From a virus: 64,000 bases of DNA. The stretch lies in the IMG/VR virus record IMGVR_UViG_3300027779_000018, positions 1-64,000 of that record. The stretch is one strand, 5' to 3'. The position numbers and the translations under genes are program-made. Under the pieces are notes generated by a model. It made no database searches, had not been told where the DNA came from, and saw only the letters and a list, made by a program, of their open reading frames with translations. Below are positions 9,616 through 18,988 of the stretch, piece by piece; within the stretch, counting starts at the first letter, position 1; each line of letters begins with the position of its first letter.

Positions 9616-10606
9616 TAAAAAGGAAATAAAAATACAAGTATTAGATTCAGTTGAAACAGGAACAGGCAGTAATGATGGAGAAGTAGCAGTTTCGGGTTAT
9701 ACTAATCAGGAGACCTTAGATTTTCAACAGAAGGGATACCTAATCTTAAGAAATTTCATCCCCAAAGACATTATTGATATGACCTTGGATGCATGGAAGA
9801 GTATTGAGAATAAACCTGAATGGAACGATACCTTCTTTGCAAGAGAAGAGGACATAATCAATGATTCCCCTAAATCATCCTTGCGTAAATCTCAAGGATG
9901 TTATTCATTTCCGCCAGCAGTTTCATTACACAGATGGTTGAAGGATAATTTGCACAGCGTCCTCGATATGCAATTAGTGGAAACTTATGCATACACAAGA
10001 AAATATGACAGGGGTGCATACCTCAAAGCACACTCAGATAGACCATCATGTGAAGTGAGTGCAACGATATGTTTGAATTATAAAACAGATGATAATTCCC
10101 CTTGGAAGATATGGGTACAGAAAGATCAAAACTATGTTGACCTAGGAAAAGATCAACAGGCCTTGTTTGAAAGATCACAAGGTATGTCACATCGTGACAG
10201 AATTGGAACACCTATCTCACTGGAAGTGGGTGATGTGTTACTATATCAAGGCCCGAATGCAATCCACTGGAGAGATGAATTCTTAGGTGACTTCTCATAT
10301 CATATGTTCTTGCATTTTATTAACCATGGTGGATCAATCAACCGATTCGCACCGTTCCATAAGAGGGACATACATCAATCATCGGATGGTAGACCCCATA
10401 GTGTATTTGCATATGATGGGAGAAAGAGTAGGTACGACCACGAACAATCAAAAGAGTTTCAGGATGCAATGGAAATTTGGAATGACTGGGCCAAGGGAGA
10501 ACTAAAGGATTTTGAAGACTTTAAACCATCGGATTATATAAATCATTACGACAATGTAGTAGAAGTAGAAGAAACGGAAAATGATAAAAAAAGAAGAAGA
10601 AAATGA
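9599..10606 (+). CDS. 2OG-Fe(II) oxygenase family protein
   Basis: LKAHSDRPSCEVSAT (HxD) and GDVLLYQG...HWR (distal His); start uncertain. Confidence 0.75.
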   Translation: MPVRYNKKEIKIQVLDSVETGTGSNDGEVAVSGYTNQETLDFQQKGYLILRNFIPKDIIDMTLDAWKSIENKPEWNDTFFAREEDIINDSPKSSLRKSQGCYSFPPAVSLHRWLKDNLHSVLDMQLVETYAYTRKYDRGAYLKAHSDRPSCEVSATICLNYKTDDNSPWKIWVQKDQNYVDLGKDQQALFERSQGMSHRDRIGTPISLEVGDVLLYQGPNAIHWRDEFLGDFSYHMFLHFINHGGSINRFAPFHKRDIHQSSDGRPHSVFAYDGRKSRYDHEQSKEFQDAMEIWNDWAKGELKDFEDFKPSDYINHYDNVVEVEETENDKKRRRK

Positions 10607-11700
10607 CAGTATTTAATAGGAAGAAAGTAGACTTCACCAAGCAGAAAATTTTCTTTGGTGAACCACTTAACACACAACGATTTGATGAGTTTAAATACCC
10701 AGTATTTGATAAACTCACTCAAACACAATTGGGGTTCTTTTGGAGACCCGAAGAAGTGTCTCTACAGAAGGACAGATCAGATTATCAACGATTGACGGAT
10801 GCACAGAAACATATTTTCACCTCTAATCTGAAATACCAAACACTACTGGATAGTGTTCAAGGTAGAGCCCCTGCAATTGCATTTCTACCTTTCATTACAT
10901 TACCTGAGTTGGAATCTTGTGTTATCACATGGGATTTCATGGAGACAATACACTCAAGAAGTTACACTCATATCATTAAGAACATTTATAGTAACCCTAG
11001 TGATGTGTTCGATACCATCTTAGATACCCCAGCCATTGTCACACGAGCAGAAGCAGTAACCGAAAAGTATGATGAGTTCATTGATATAGGTAGACGTAAG
11101 TTGATAGGCCAAGACATTAAAGATTATGATCTATATAAGGCATTGTACCTTGCATTAATATCAGTTAACATCTTGGAAGGTATACGTTTTTTTGTTTCCT
11201 TTGCATGTTCATTTGCATTCGGTGAGTTGAAGATGATGGAAGGAAGTGCAAAGATTATATCCCTTATTGCAAGAGATGAATCACAACACTTAGCCATTAC
11301 ACAACACATCCTGAAGTGTTACAAAAATTCAGAGAACGATAAGGTCATGAACAAGGTCATGAAGGATTGTGAAGATGAAGTGTATATCATGTATCGTAAT
11401 GCAGTAGATCAGGAGAAGGATTGGGCAGAGTTCTTATTCCAACATGGTTCAATGATTGGTCTGTCTACACAACTATTAGGTAATTATGTTGAATATACTG
11501 CAAATAAAAGGCTCAGAGCATTGGGTCTGCAACCTATATATGAGGTCAGTTCTACCAACAACCCATTACCATGGACGGAACATTGGTTCAACAGTAGAGG
11601 ATTACAGAACGCACCCCAAGAGACAGAAATCGAATCATATGTGATTGGTGGTATTAAACAAGATGTTGATGATGATTCATTTAAAGGATTTAAACTATGA
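10603..11700 (+). CDS. nrdB: Class Ia ribonucleotide reductase beta subunit
   Basis: FFWRPEEV, ETIHSRSY, LEGIRFFVSF, RDESQH, APQETEIESY. Confidence 0.97.
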   Translation: MTVFNRKKVDFTKQKIFFGEPLNTQRFDEFKYPVFDKLTQTQLGFFWRPEEVSLQKDRSDYQRLTDAQKHIFTSNLKYQTLLDSVQGRAPAIAFLPFITLPELESCVITWDFMETIHSRSYTHIIKNIYSNPSDVFDTILDTPAIVTRAEAVTEKYDEFIDIGRRKLIGQDIKDYDLYKALYLALISVNILEGIRFFVSFACSFAFGELKMMEGSAKIISLIARDESQHLAITQHILKCYKNSENDKVMNKVMKDCEDEVYIMYRNAVDQEKDWAEFLFQHGSMIGLSTQLLGNYVEYTANKRLRALGLQPIYEVSSTNNPLPWTEHWFNSRGLQNAPQETEIESYVIGGIKQDVDDDSFKGFKL

Positions 11701-11915
11701 TTGAAATATATGGAAAACCCCAGTGTCCTTTTTGTGACATGGCCAAAGCACTATGTGAAAATAAAGGTATTACTTATACCTATAAACAACTCGGAGAAGA
11801 TTTCACTAGGGATGACCTAATGGTTCGATTCCCAAACGCAAGAACCTTCCCTCAGATTATACTGGACGGAGAGGCAATTGGTGGATTTGATAACCTTAAG
11901 GATATGATAGCATGA
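11697..11915 (+). CDS. nrdC: Glutaredoxin
   Basis: CPFC active site, TFPQI, IGGF; adjacent to nrdB. Confidence 0.92.
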   Translation: MIEIYGKPQCPFCDMAKALCENKGITYTYKQLGEDFTRDDLMVRFPNARTFPQIILDGEAIGGFDNLKDMIA

Positions 11916-12127
11916 AGAAATGGTATCATATCTTATGGGGTAGTAAAGAAGAAGACGAAGCTGTCGAGACATTGGCAGTAGAAAAAGACATTGACCCTGC
12001 AGATTTAAGTATTGAGAATGCATATAAGACAAGATGGATATGGTATCACACGATCCTTGCTGGTCTGATGTTTATCATGGTTATTATCATGTTAGGAATA
12101 TTTACACTCTTGGCCGTTAAGCTTTGA
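11912..12127 (+). CDS. Small membrane protein
   Basis: C-terminal TM helix; ATGA overlap. Confidence 0.65.
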   Translation: MKKWYHILWGSKEEDEAVETLAVEKDIDPADLSIENAYKTRWIWYHTILAGLMFIMVIIMLGIFTLLAVKL

Positions 12128-12141
12128 GTAGAGGTAAAAGT

Positions 12142-12300
12142 ATGTGGCAAGTATGGAAACACGCTTTAGGAGCGTTTGACGAAGAAGATGGGTACGACCC
12201 AGCTAGTGAAAATAAGATCGCGTATATACGCACATTTATTGTCGTATCTAATTTGCTGTGTGCATATGTATTCATGTTTAAGATGGTAGGGTTCTTCTAA
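12142..12300 (+). CDS. Small conserved membrane protein (MWQVWKHALGAF...)
   Basis: 52-aa ORF read by hand, GAGG RBS; below the ORF-track cutoff. Confidence 0.65.
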   Translation: MWQVWKHALGAFDEEDGYDPASENKIAYIRTFIVVSNLLCAYVFMFKMVGFF

Positions 12301-12548
12301 TGGATCAATTCTTAGCATATCTATTGCCCGAGGATCAGCAAGGTGTAGAGGACATGAGGATTAAACACTTGTTAAGTACACTAGACGTAAAAGAGGTTGA
12401 ATTACGGTACTATATACAGGGATTAGATTTTAGAAAAAACGAATTAGAACACAATGTTCCATTTGTAATGATGAACGGTAAAAAGAAATCGTTTGATAAC
12501 CTATGGAAAGAAGTAATTGGAGAGAAAGAACTTGATACAGATATATAA
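12300..12548 (+). CDS. Hypothetical protein
   Basis: TAATG overlap, 82 aa. Confidence 0.55.
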   Translation: MDQFLAYLLPEDQQGVEDMRIKHLLSTLDVKEVELRYYIQGLDFRKNELEHNVPFVMMNGKKKSFDNLWKEVIGEKELDTDI

Positions 12549-12693
12549 AGTGCATTGTTCAATATGCAAAAGTGAGTCAAACATTAATCATGAGATGGAA
12601 TCATATCAGTATGATATTGAATTTTGTCCCTTTTGTGGTGAAGAAATAGATGAGGATGAGAGAGAACTAATTGATGAGATCGAGACTGAATAA
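12532..12693 (+). CDS. Small zinc-ribbon protein
   Basis: TTG start after GGAG; CSIC...CPFCG followed by an acidic tail. Confidence 0.6.
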   Translation: MIQIYKVHCSICKSESNINHEMESYQYDIEFCPFCGEEIDEDERELIDEIETE

Positions 12694-12712
12694 AGAGTTT
12701 TGAGAAAAGGGG

Positions 12713-12742
12713 TTGACAGAATACCCTATGTAATGATATACT
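12713..12742 (+). promoter_or_regulatory. Sigma70-type early promoter
   Basis: TTGACA-18bp-TATACT with extended -10 TG. Confidence 0.8.
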
Positions 12743-12754
12743 GAATGTATATTA

Positions 12755-13219
12755 ATGAATCCACAAGTGAAAATCTATATGATTAATGTTGATATAACAG
12801 GTCAAATAGCACGGAAGAACGACATAATCAATTACATTGGTGATGTTATATACCACCTACACCCCAAGCTTAAGAACAATGTTGATCTTGATTTATCAAT
12901 AGTTACAGATCAATATGAAGAGGGGAATTATACCTATGCTACCTGTTCAGGTAGTAGACGACAAATTGATATCATACTCAATAGAGTAGATGAAACTTCC
13001 AAGAAATTCACCCATGACCAAATGATGCTTAACTTAGCACATGAATTGGTACATGCAAAACAGTTCCTTAAAGGTGAATTATCCCCCAAATTAGCCTCAT
13101 GGAAGAAGAAAAACCACCGAAAAACACCCTATTCAAGGCAACCATGGGAAAAAGAGGCATATAAGTTAGAAGAACAGCTGTTTAACATGTTTTGGGTAGG
13201 AAGAGACCAGTTTATATGA
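12755..13219 (+). CDS. Putative zinc metallopeptidase-like protein
   Basis: LAHELVHAKQ (HExxH) and PWEKEA. Confidence 0.75.
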   Translation: MNPQVKIYMINVDITGQIARKNDIINYIGDVIYHLHPKLKNNVDLDLSIVTDQYEEGNYTYATCSGSRRQIDIILNRVDETSKKFTHDQMMLNLAHELVHAKQFLKGELSPKLASWKKKNHRKTPYSRQPWEKEAYKLEEQLFNMFWVGRDQFI

Positions 13220-13227
13220 GATTTCAC

Positions 13228-13257
13228 TTGACAATGCCCTCACTTTTTTGTTATACT
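13228..13257 (+). promoter_or_regulatory. Sigma70-type early promoter
   Basis: TTGACAATGCCCTCACTTTTTTGTTATACT; identical copy at 38302. Confidence 0.88.
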
Positions 13258-13288
13258 ATGTATATAGAATGAAAAATAGAGGAAACAA

Positions 13289-13510
13289 ATGACAGAAATG
13301 AGAATGACATATGAAGGATTAGCACAGGCAATAGCCGATGAAGTTAATGAGGACATCAGGTTTAATAACAATTTATCTGATGGTGATGTATATAACGATA
13401 CAGTTTTAGACAGGGTGATAATGGACAGAGCAAGTTCAGTGTGTCCTGATTACCTAGATCACTACGATGTTGCTGATCTTGCAAGAGGAATGGTAGAGAT
13501 AACATGGTAG
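13289..13510 (+). CDS. Early hypothetical protein
   Basis: GAGG RBS directly after the promoter. Confidence 0.65.
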   Translation: MTEMRMTYEGLAQAIADEVNEDIRFNNNLSDGDVYNDTVLDRVIMDRASSVCPDYLDHYDVADLARGMVEITW

Positions 13511-13713
13511 ATATAGCTAGTAAAATATCGACAAAATTACACTTTTACCAAGATGAACTGGACAAACAGTGGTTTGCAGTTTTAGATGATCTTCGGGAAG
13601 GTGGTACAATCAACATGTTTGGGGCTCCTAGACACCTAGTTGAGACCTACGATGTCCCTCAAGAATTCGCAGATGCAATATGCATAAAGTGGATGGAGCA
13701 GTTCGGATCATGA
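13504..13713 (+). CDS. Early hypothetical protein
   Basis: LDDLREGGTINMFGA motif common in phage early proteins. Confidence 0.65.
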   Translation: MVDIASKISTKLHFYQDELDKQWFAVLDDLREGGTINMFGAPRHLVETYDVPQEFADAICIKWMEQFGS

Positions 13714-13898
13714 ATTTTGAACAATACTGTCAACACATGTATGCAGAGAATTGTCATGAACGTAGAGAATATGGACAAATAGAATATGCGTCCGTTGAAG
13801 AATATATGAATAATGGAAGAAACTTAATCTTTTTAAATGACTCCTTTATCAATAAATCCACCGAAGAATTACACGAATTCTTAGAATCCCTAAAGTAA
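13710..13898 (+). CDS. Early hypothetical protein
   Basis: ATGA overlap start at 13710. Confidence 0.6.
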   Translation: MNFEQYCQHMYAENCHERREYGQIEYASVEEYMNNGRNLIFLNDSFINKSTEELHEFLESLK

Positions 13899-13902
13899 CC
13901 CC

Positions 13903-13932
13903 TTGACAGTGCATAGCACTTTATGTTATACT
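13903..13932 (+). promoter_or_regulatory. Sigma70-type early promoter
   Basis: TTGACA-18bp-TATACT. Confidence 0.8.
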
Positions 13933-13964
13933 AGGTGTATAGAATGGAGAATGAGCAGTAAATT

Positions 13965-14507
13965 ATGAATATTAAAAGAATTTTTATCGACATGGACGGA
14001 GTCCTTGCCGATTTTAATGTTGGAGTGGAAACCCTAACAGGAAATCCTTTTCCAAATACAGATAAGGGTCATAACGATTATGACGAAAGAAAAGAAGAAC
14101 TTACGAACAAAAGATTGTTCAGAAACCTACCCCCAATGCCTGATATGTACGAGTTGATTGGATATGTCAGACACACATTACTTCCATGGGAAATCCTCAC
14201 TGCAGCTGGTGTTATCAACAGAGAATTAGTAGTGTTCGACAAGAACGAATGGATCAAAGAACATGTCAGTCCTACAGTGGTAGTGACTTGCACAATGAGT
14301 GGTAGTCAAAAAGGTATGTTTGCATACAAAGGAAGTGTCCTTATTGATGACAGACAAAAGAATATAGATGCGTGGGAAGCACACGGTGGTACAGGAATAC
14401 TACACACGAGTGCAGAAGATACCATCAACCAGTTAAAAAAATTAAGAAGCGAACCATTGAAAGATCATGCTGGGAGTTATTACTCAGACATCGCCGATGA
14501 CGCTTAA
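13965..14507 (+). CDS. HAD-superfamily 5'(3')-deoxyribonucleotidase
   Basis: FIDMDGVLADF motif I, ILT, K, LIDD motif IV. Confidence 0.85.
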   Translation: MNIKRIFIDMDGVLADFNVGVETLTGNPFPNTDKGHNDYDERKEELTNKRLFRNLPPMPDMYELIGYVRHTLLPWEILTAAGVINRELVVFDKNEWIKEHVSPTVVVTCTMSGSQKGMFAYKGSVLIDDRQKNIDAWEAHGGTGILHTSAEDTINQLKKLRSEPLKDHAGSYYSDIADDA

Positions 14508-14579
14508 ACGAATTCAACAATTAAGTTGAATAATGGTGAGTATGGGAATGCTCATCGCTTATATTAGGAGAAATATATA

Positions 14580-14837
14580 ATGGCTTTATCCAAAACGCAA
14601 AAAGTGTTAAACCTACTTTCAAAAGGTAAAAATGTAAAATGGACTACAATTAGAAACCGTTTTGACTTAACTTCACCAGCTAGAACAATTGGTAAGTTGC
14701 AGTCTCAAGGACATGTAATCTATACTAACCGAAATACTTCAGGTGTTTCTTTTAGAATGGGAACCCCTTCTCTTGCAATCTTAGCCGCAGGGCAAGCAGC
14801 AGTTAATGGTGGTTCACTATTTACATACGACAGCTAA
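14580..14837 (+). CDS. Winged-helix-like small DNA-binding protein
   Basis: SKTQKVLNLL..RF.LTSP...I..L...GH.IYTN pattern; AGGAG RBS. Confidence 0.65.
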   Translation: MALSKTQKVLNLLSKGKNVKWTTIRNRFDLTSPARTIGKLQSQGHVIYTNRNTSGVSFRMGTPSLAILAAGQAAVNGGSLFTYDS

Positions 14838-14861
14838 GAGTAACTTTTTAGTTGACTAAAT

Positions 14862-14887
14862 AATAGACACACTTCGGTGTGTCTATT
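14862..14887 (+). terminator. Stable C(UUCG)G hairpin (terminator or 5' stabiliser)
   Basis: AATAGACACAC-TTCG-GTGTGTCTATT perfect 11-bp stem. Confidence 0.65.
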
Positions 14888-14903
14888 TGTAATAGAGGAC
14901 AAT

Positions 14904-15146
14904 ATGATGAAGAAAATAGGTATCTTTAGACGATTTTGGGACTGGATAAAACATTGGTTTTCTCCACGGTATAAGATCACAGTTTTTAGAACGAATGAGT
15001 TCACTGAAAACGTGTACAAAGAATCGTATATATCTAGACGGATTCTCATCCAAAAAATTAATCATCTTAAATTCAAAGATGAACATAAAAAGATAGTTGA
15101 ACTTCGAGCAGCGAAAGGTTTAGACTATCGTATAGTGGAGTTATAA
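14904..15146 (+). CDS. Hypothetical protein
   Basis: GAGGA RBS before ATG 14904. Confidence 0.6.
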   Translation: MMKKIGIFRRFWDWIKHWFSPRYKITVFRTNEFTENVYKESYISRRILIQKINHLKFKDEHKKIVELRAAKGLDYRIVEL

Positions 15147-15147
15147 C

Positions 15148-15531
15148 ATGAATCAGATTCTAATAGGAGTAATACTAATCTTAGGGTTGGGATCGTATTA
15201 TCTCTACAACCAAAACATCACCCTACAATCCAACAATGCAAAATTGGAATATGCAGTAGAAGAACAACAACAGGCCATGGCGGCAATCCAAGAGAGTTTT
15301 GAGAAGCAGACAAAAGCATTGACGAATATGTCAAGAAAAAATGCAGAGATCGAAGCTGACAAAGAACGATACCTATCAATCCTTTCAAAACATAATTTTG
15401 AACAACTCGCAACTGCAAAGCCGGGATTGATGGAAAAGAGATTTAACAAAGGCACAGTTGAAGTAATTGAGGGAATAGAAGATGACACTAAGAATATTAG
15501 CGATCTTGAGTCTACTGATAACAACGACTAG
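15148..15531 (+). CDS. Inner-membrane spanin (Rz/i-spanin-like)
   Basis: N-terminal TM helix plus coiled coil, KPGL motif; overlaps a lipoprotein gene. Confidence 0.75.
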   Translation: MNQILIGVILILGLGSYYLYNQNITLQSNNAKLEYAVEEQQQAMAAIQESFEKQTKALTNMSRKNAEIEADKERYLSILSKHNFEQLATAKPGLMEKRFNKGTVEVIEGIEDDTKNISDLESTDNND

Positions 15532-15979
15532 TTGTTCATTGTGGCCTGCAAAGGAAATACAGATTATATCCAAACCAGTAGAGATTGAGATCATTCAACC
15601 TACACTACCTAGACCCCTTGATTTACAACCACCTAAGTGGTATGTCGTATCAGAGGCACGAATTGCAAATCCATGTAACAAGGTAACCCAAGAAGACGGT
15701 ACAGAGAAACGACCTAAAGCATGTGACCAAGTAGACAGACAGAATCCTGAATGGAAAGAAGGATACACTTATCTAGATAGATTTCTAGATGATATGAAGG
15801 ATCAGAACAGTGGTGATGTAGTATTCGTTGCAACTACTGTTGGTGATTACAAGGTTATGATTAAGAATAACCAAGAGATTAAGAGATACATCAAACAGCT
15901 TGGTGAAGTGATTGTAGTGTATCGTAACGTGACAATGAGTGACGGACAGAAAGGAATAGTTGCCGAAGTTAAGAAATGA
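15482..15979 (+). CDS. Outer-membrane lipoprotein spanin (Rz1/o-spanin-like)
   Basis: Signal peptide with lipobox-like TTSC, Pro-rich segment; overlaps the 3' end of the i-spanin. Confidence 0.72.
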   Translation: MTLRILAILSLLITTTSCSLWPAKEIQIISKPVEIEIIQPTLPRPLDLQPPKWYVVSEARIANPCNKVTQEDGTEKRPKACDQVDRQNPEWKEGYTYLDRFLDDMKDQNSGDVVFVATTVGDYKVMIKNNQEIKRYIKQLGEVIVVYRNVTMSDGQKGIVAEVKK

Positions 15980-16176
15980 TACCACAGGCATTCAATGAAG
16001 TACTAACACTTGAATTCAAATCATTTACATCGAGGATGTGGTTAGATTATTGTGACGAGAATAGTGCATTCGGTTCTCATTACGAGGACTACCCTACATA
16101 CTTAGTAACAAATTTTAAGTATTTAATAAGACGATTTAATGCAAATAATAATCATGAAGATTGGAATGTAAAATAG
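15976..16176 (+). CDS. Hypothetical protein
   Basis: ATGA overlap, 66 aa. Confidence 0.55.
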   Translation: MIPQAFNEVLTLEFKSFTSRMWLDYCDENSAFGSHYEDYPTYLVTNFKYLIRRFNANNNHEDWNVK

Positions 16177-16190
16177 GAAACACTTATATT

Positions 16191-17126
16191 ATGAAACCCC
16201 CAGTAATGGAAGATTCACCCACTATGGTGGAACTACCCAATCCCTCACAACCGAAGGGAACATTCACAGGTAAACCACCAACTGCACAATTTGGAGTAGG
16301 TGATCGTGTAAAACCACATACAACTGTATCTGCAGTAGTAGAACCTGAACCTGAACATGGATATGCCCCTGCCGCGGGTGAAATCCTATCTCTATTCTCA
16401 ACACCATTTCTTAGAGGTGTTATAGACCTCGATACAGAGGTTATTGCACAAGACTGTCGGTTACTATGCGATCAGGTTGCAGAGAGAACAGGTTACAACC
16501 CTCAACATGAATACACTACCTATTTCGATGACGATATAAGGACATCCATGCATGATATGGGGTGGTTCAAAGACTTCTCAAACATCATTAAAGATTCCTA
16601 TGTAACATTTGTTACAAACATGTTTCAACACCCAGTGAGTCACCTAGAAAGAGATGACATACACTTGTTTGCATGGGTAAGTCGTTACACTGGGGCCCAT
16701 CAACATGAAGCACACAACCATGTAAACTGTTTAATATCAGGAACCTACTATATTAAGAACACGGATGAGGTAACTCAACCGATCAAATTTTGGAGTCCTA
16801 ACCATGGGGTTATTTCCAATCACCAGTCAGTAGAGAGACCTCAAGAAAGAGATAACATGCCTAATATGGTATTTGATGGTGTCCATGGGAGTGACTCAAC
16901 CATGTCATATTACCCACAAGAGGGACAGTTCCTTCTATGGCCATCATATATACTACACTCAGTTCCACCAGTGATGGGTGATGTGCCTGAAGACTATGAA
17001 CGAATTAGTATATCATTTAACCTCAAACACAGGGTAGAGACTGACAGTAACACTACAGGAGACAATATGAGTTATAGTTTTTTTGAAGAGGAAGTAACAA
17101 ATGAGGGAGAAGCACATGTTAAATAA
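16191..17126 (+). CDS. Putative 2OG-Fe(II) oxygenase (TIGR02466-like)
   Basis: HEAHNH..ISGTYY...LLWPSYILHSV...RISISFN. Confidence 0.8.
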   Translation: MKPPVMEDSPTMVELPNPSQPKGTFTGKPPTAQFGVGDRVKPHTTVSAVVEPEPEHGYAPAAGEILSLFSTPFLRGVIDLDTEVIAQDCRLLCDQVAERTGYNPQHEYTTYFDDDIRTSMHDMGWFKDFSNIIKDSYVTFVTNMFQHPVSHLERDDIHLFAWVSRYTGAHQHEAHNHVNCLISGTYYIKNTDEVTQPIKFWSPNHGVISNHQSVERPQERDNMPNMVFDGVHGSDSTMSYYPQEGQFLLWPSYILHSVPPVMGDVPEDYERISISFNLKHRVETDSNTTGDNMSYSFFEEEVTNEGEAHVK

Positions 17127-17826
17127 AACCTTCTCGATGGATGAGTTATTTCAGATCAGTCCACAATTGGATGCCCACTTCGATGGGACGGTACTCACCA
17201 TAGACAACTTCTATGAGAACCCTGAGATACTCCATGACTTCATTTCAACTCGTAGTTATCCTCTATGGAAATACAGTACAGAACGAGAGAGTAGAAATGG
17301 GGTAGACTACAACGATTGTAGGATAACCGATAAGGTAGCTCACCCAACAAGAATGTATTTCAATGAGATGGATAGAATTGTATCTCTTTGTCGGCAACAT
17401 TGGCATAAGGGAAAATACGAATGGGATTTAATTCAGGAGTTTAACTGTTTTCAAACCATTACACAATTTGACCCCGAATTACAACACTACCCACACACAG
17501 ATTCAACACTGGATACCCCTGATGAAGAAGCAACACTGAATATGATTGTCTACATGGACAAGGTAGAAGACGGTGGAACTGCATTATATGGTGGTACATG
17601 GTTAAGTAATGATGAGGATAGGAACCTTTTATATCCAGTAAAAAAGAGGTTTGATGTAGATCAACTCATCCCTGCAAAATTCAATCGATGTGTCATATTT
17701 CCTGGCAATAGAATCCACGGAGCCTATATTGATGACTACACTAAATACTCAGGTGAAAGTTGGAGATACACTCAAGTGCAATTTCTAACTCCAGTAAGAA
17801 ATGTAAGAGACGAAAGGAATAACTAA
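17116..17826 (+). CDS. DUF6445-like / 2OG-Fe(II) oxygenase-fold protein
   Basis: IDNFYENPE, PHTD, GGTALY, KFNRCVIF...HGA. Confidence 0.72.
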   Translation: MLNKTFSMDELFQISPQLDAHFDGTVLTIDNFYENPEILHDFISTRSYPLWKYSTERESRNGVDYNDCRITDKVAHPTRMYFNEMDRIVSLCRQHWHKGKYEWDLIQEFNCFQTITQFDPELQHYPHTDSTLDTPDEEATLNMIVYMDKVEDGGTALYGGTWLSNDEDRNLLYPVKKRFDVDQLIPAKFNRCVIFPGNRIHGAYIDDYTKYSGESWRYTQVQFLTPVRNVRDERNN

Positions 17827-17829
17827 ATT

Positions 17830-18477
17830 ATGAAAAACCCACCCATATTAATCGTAGGACATGCGGCACTAGATGAAGAGTGTTGTGAAGCAATAATCCA
17901 ACTCCATGAAAAAGCACCGATGACTGAGGTCGTTGAAGGTGACAGACATAACGGTCACTTCATAGCTGTCAACGAAGAAGACGGTAACAGGATGAAGTAT
18001 CTAGACCCCATGGGAAGAATTTCTTATAATGTAGGATTTGATAACGCTGATTTTGAGAAGATCATGTCATGGATAGAGGATGTCATACCATGGAATGAAG
18101 ATTTCCAAAATGTATCATTCATGCAAATAATCCAGTATCCAATGGACTCTGCTATGCCTTTTCACCAAGATCAAGCAGATAGTAATGATACAGGTACTAT
18201 TATATTCAACTTAAATGACGATTTTAAGGGTGGACGGCACATGGTTGACGGTCACCAACTGATTCCTTTTACAGGAACAATGATAGCATTTAATAACTCC
18301 ACTGAACGATGGCATGGAGTTGACCCAATTCTCGTAGGGGAACGATGGGTACTCGCACTATGGTTTGACCGAGGCGATGATAACGATGATAATGAAGTTC
18401 TCGGTGCGATGGAAGCCGCTAACGATGAACAGAACGAAGAAATTAAAGTATTCCCAAAGGCTATACTTAAACAATAA
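17830..18477 (+). CDS. 2OG-Fe(II) oxygenase (prolyl-hydroxylase-like)
   Basis: FHQD, LNDDFKGG, WHGV.PI..GERWVLALW. Confidence 0.82.
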   Translation: MKNPPILIVGHAALDEECCEAIIQLHEKAPMTEVVEGDRHNGHFIAVNEEDGNRMKYLDPMGRISYNVGFDNADFEKIMSWIEDVIPWNEDFQNVSFMQIIQYPMDSAMPFHQDQADSNDTGTIIFNLNDDFKGGRHMVDGHQLIPFTGTMIAFNNSTERWHGVDPILVGERWVLALWFDRGDDNDDNEVLGAMEAANDEQNEEIKVFPKAILKQ

Positions 18478-18482
18478 ACAAT

Positions 18483-18695
18483 ATGCAACACCAAGCGACC
18501 ATGAAATGTGCAGTATGTTTAGATGATGTCCGAATAGAAGACATCAAATATCATACCCCCGATGGGGACAAAATATTTTGTGGGCCAAGTTGCAGCCTTA
18601 AATATCACCAAGGAAAGGAAAATGAGAAAACAAATAACAATATTAAAGATTTTAACAACACTAACAGCAATAGCACTGACACTACAAGTGGTTGA
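18483..18695 (+). CDS. Small Cys-rich (TRASH/zinc-finger-like) protein
   Basis: CAVC...FCGPSC. Confidence 0.55.
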   Translation: MQHQATMKCAVCLDDVRIEDIKYHTPDGDKIFCGPSCSLKYHQGKENEKTNNNIKDFNNTNSNSTDTTSG

Positions 18696-18711
18696 ACTGT
18701 TTATACTATAG
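18622..18711 (+). CDS. Putative 29-aa membrane peptide
   Basis: AAGGA RBS; MRKQITILKILTTLTAIALTLQVVELFIL. Confidence 0.4.
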   Translation: MRKQITILKILTTLTAIALTLQVVELFIL

Positions 18712-18723
18712 GAGAAAGACCCG

Positions 18724-18978
18724 ATGCCCATCAAATTAAGACAATCACAAACACAGAGGATTGATAGGCGATCAGAGAAAACAACCACAACACATTACTG
18801 GATGAAGGGTCAAACAGTAGATGTGTTAATAGAGGAATTGGTCAAATGTTATGAAACAGATGACCATGGAAGAGAGGTTACCAAGAAGGGTAAGGGAAAA
18901 CTGAAAATGAAGATACTAAACGAGTTAGTACGAAGAGAAGTTAAACCTTACAAAACACACTTTAAGGTAAGTAAATAA
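18724..18978 (+). CDS. Basic hypothetical protein
   Basis: AGGAG RBS, 84 aa. Confidence 0.6.
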   Translation: MPIKLRQSQTQRIDRRSEKTTTTHYWMKGQTVDVLIEELVKCYETDDHGREVTKKGKGKLKMKILNELVRREVKPYKTHFKVSK

Positions 18979-18988
18979 ACAATATATT

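Noticed and set aside
7315-11700. Introns, inteins or homing endonucleases in nrdA/nrdB
   Set aside because: Both ORFs are continuous and of normal length; the intervening gene has oxygenase motifs, not HNH, GIY-YIG or LAGLIDADG motifs.
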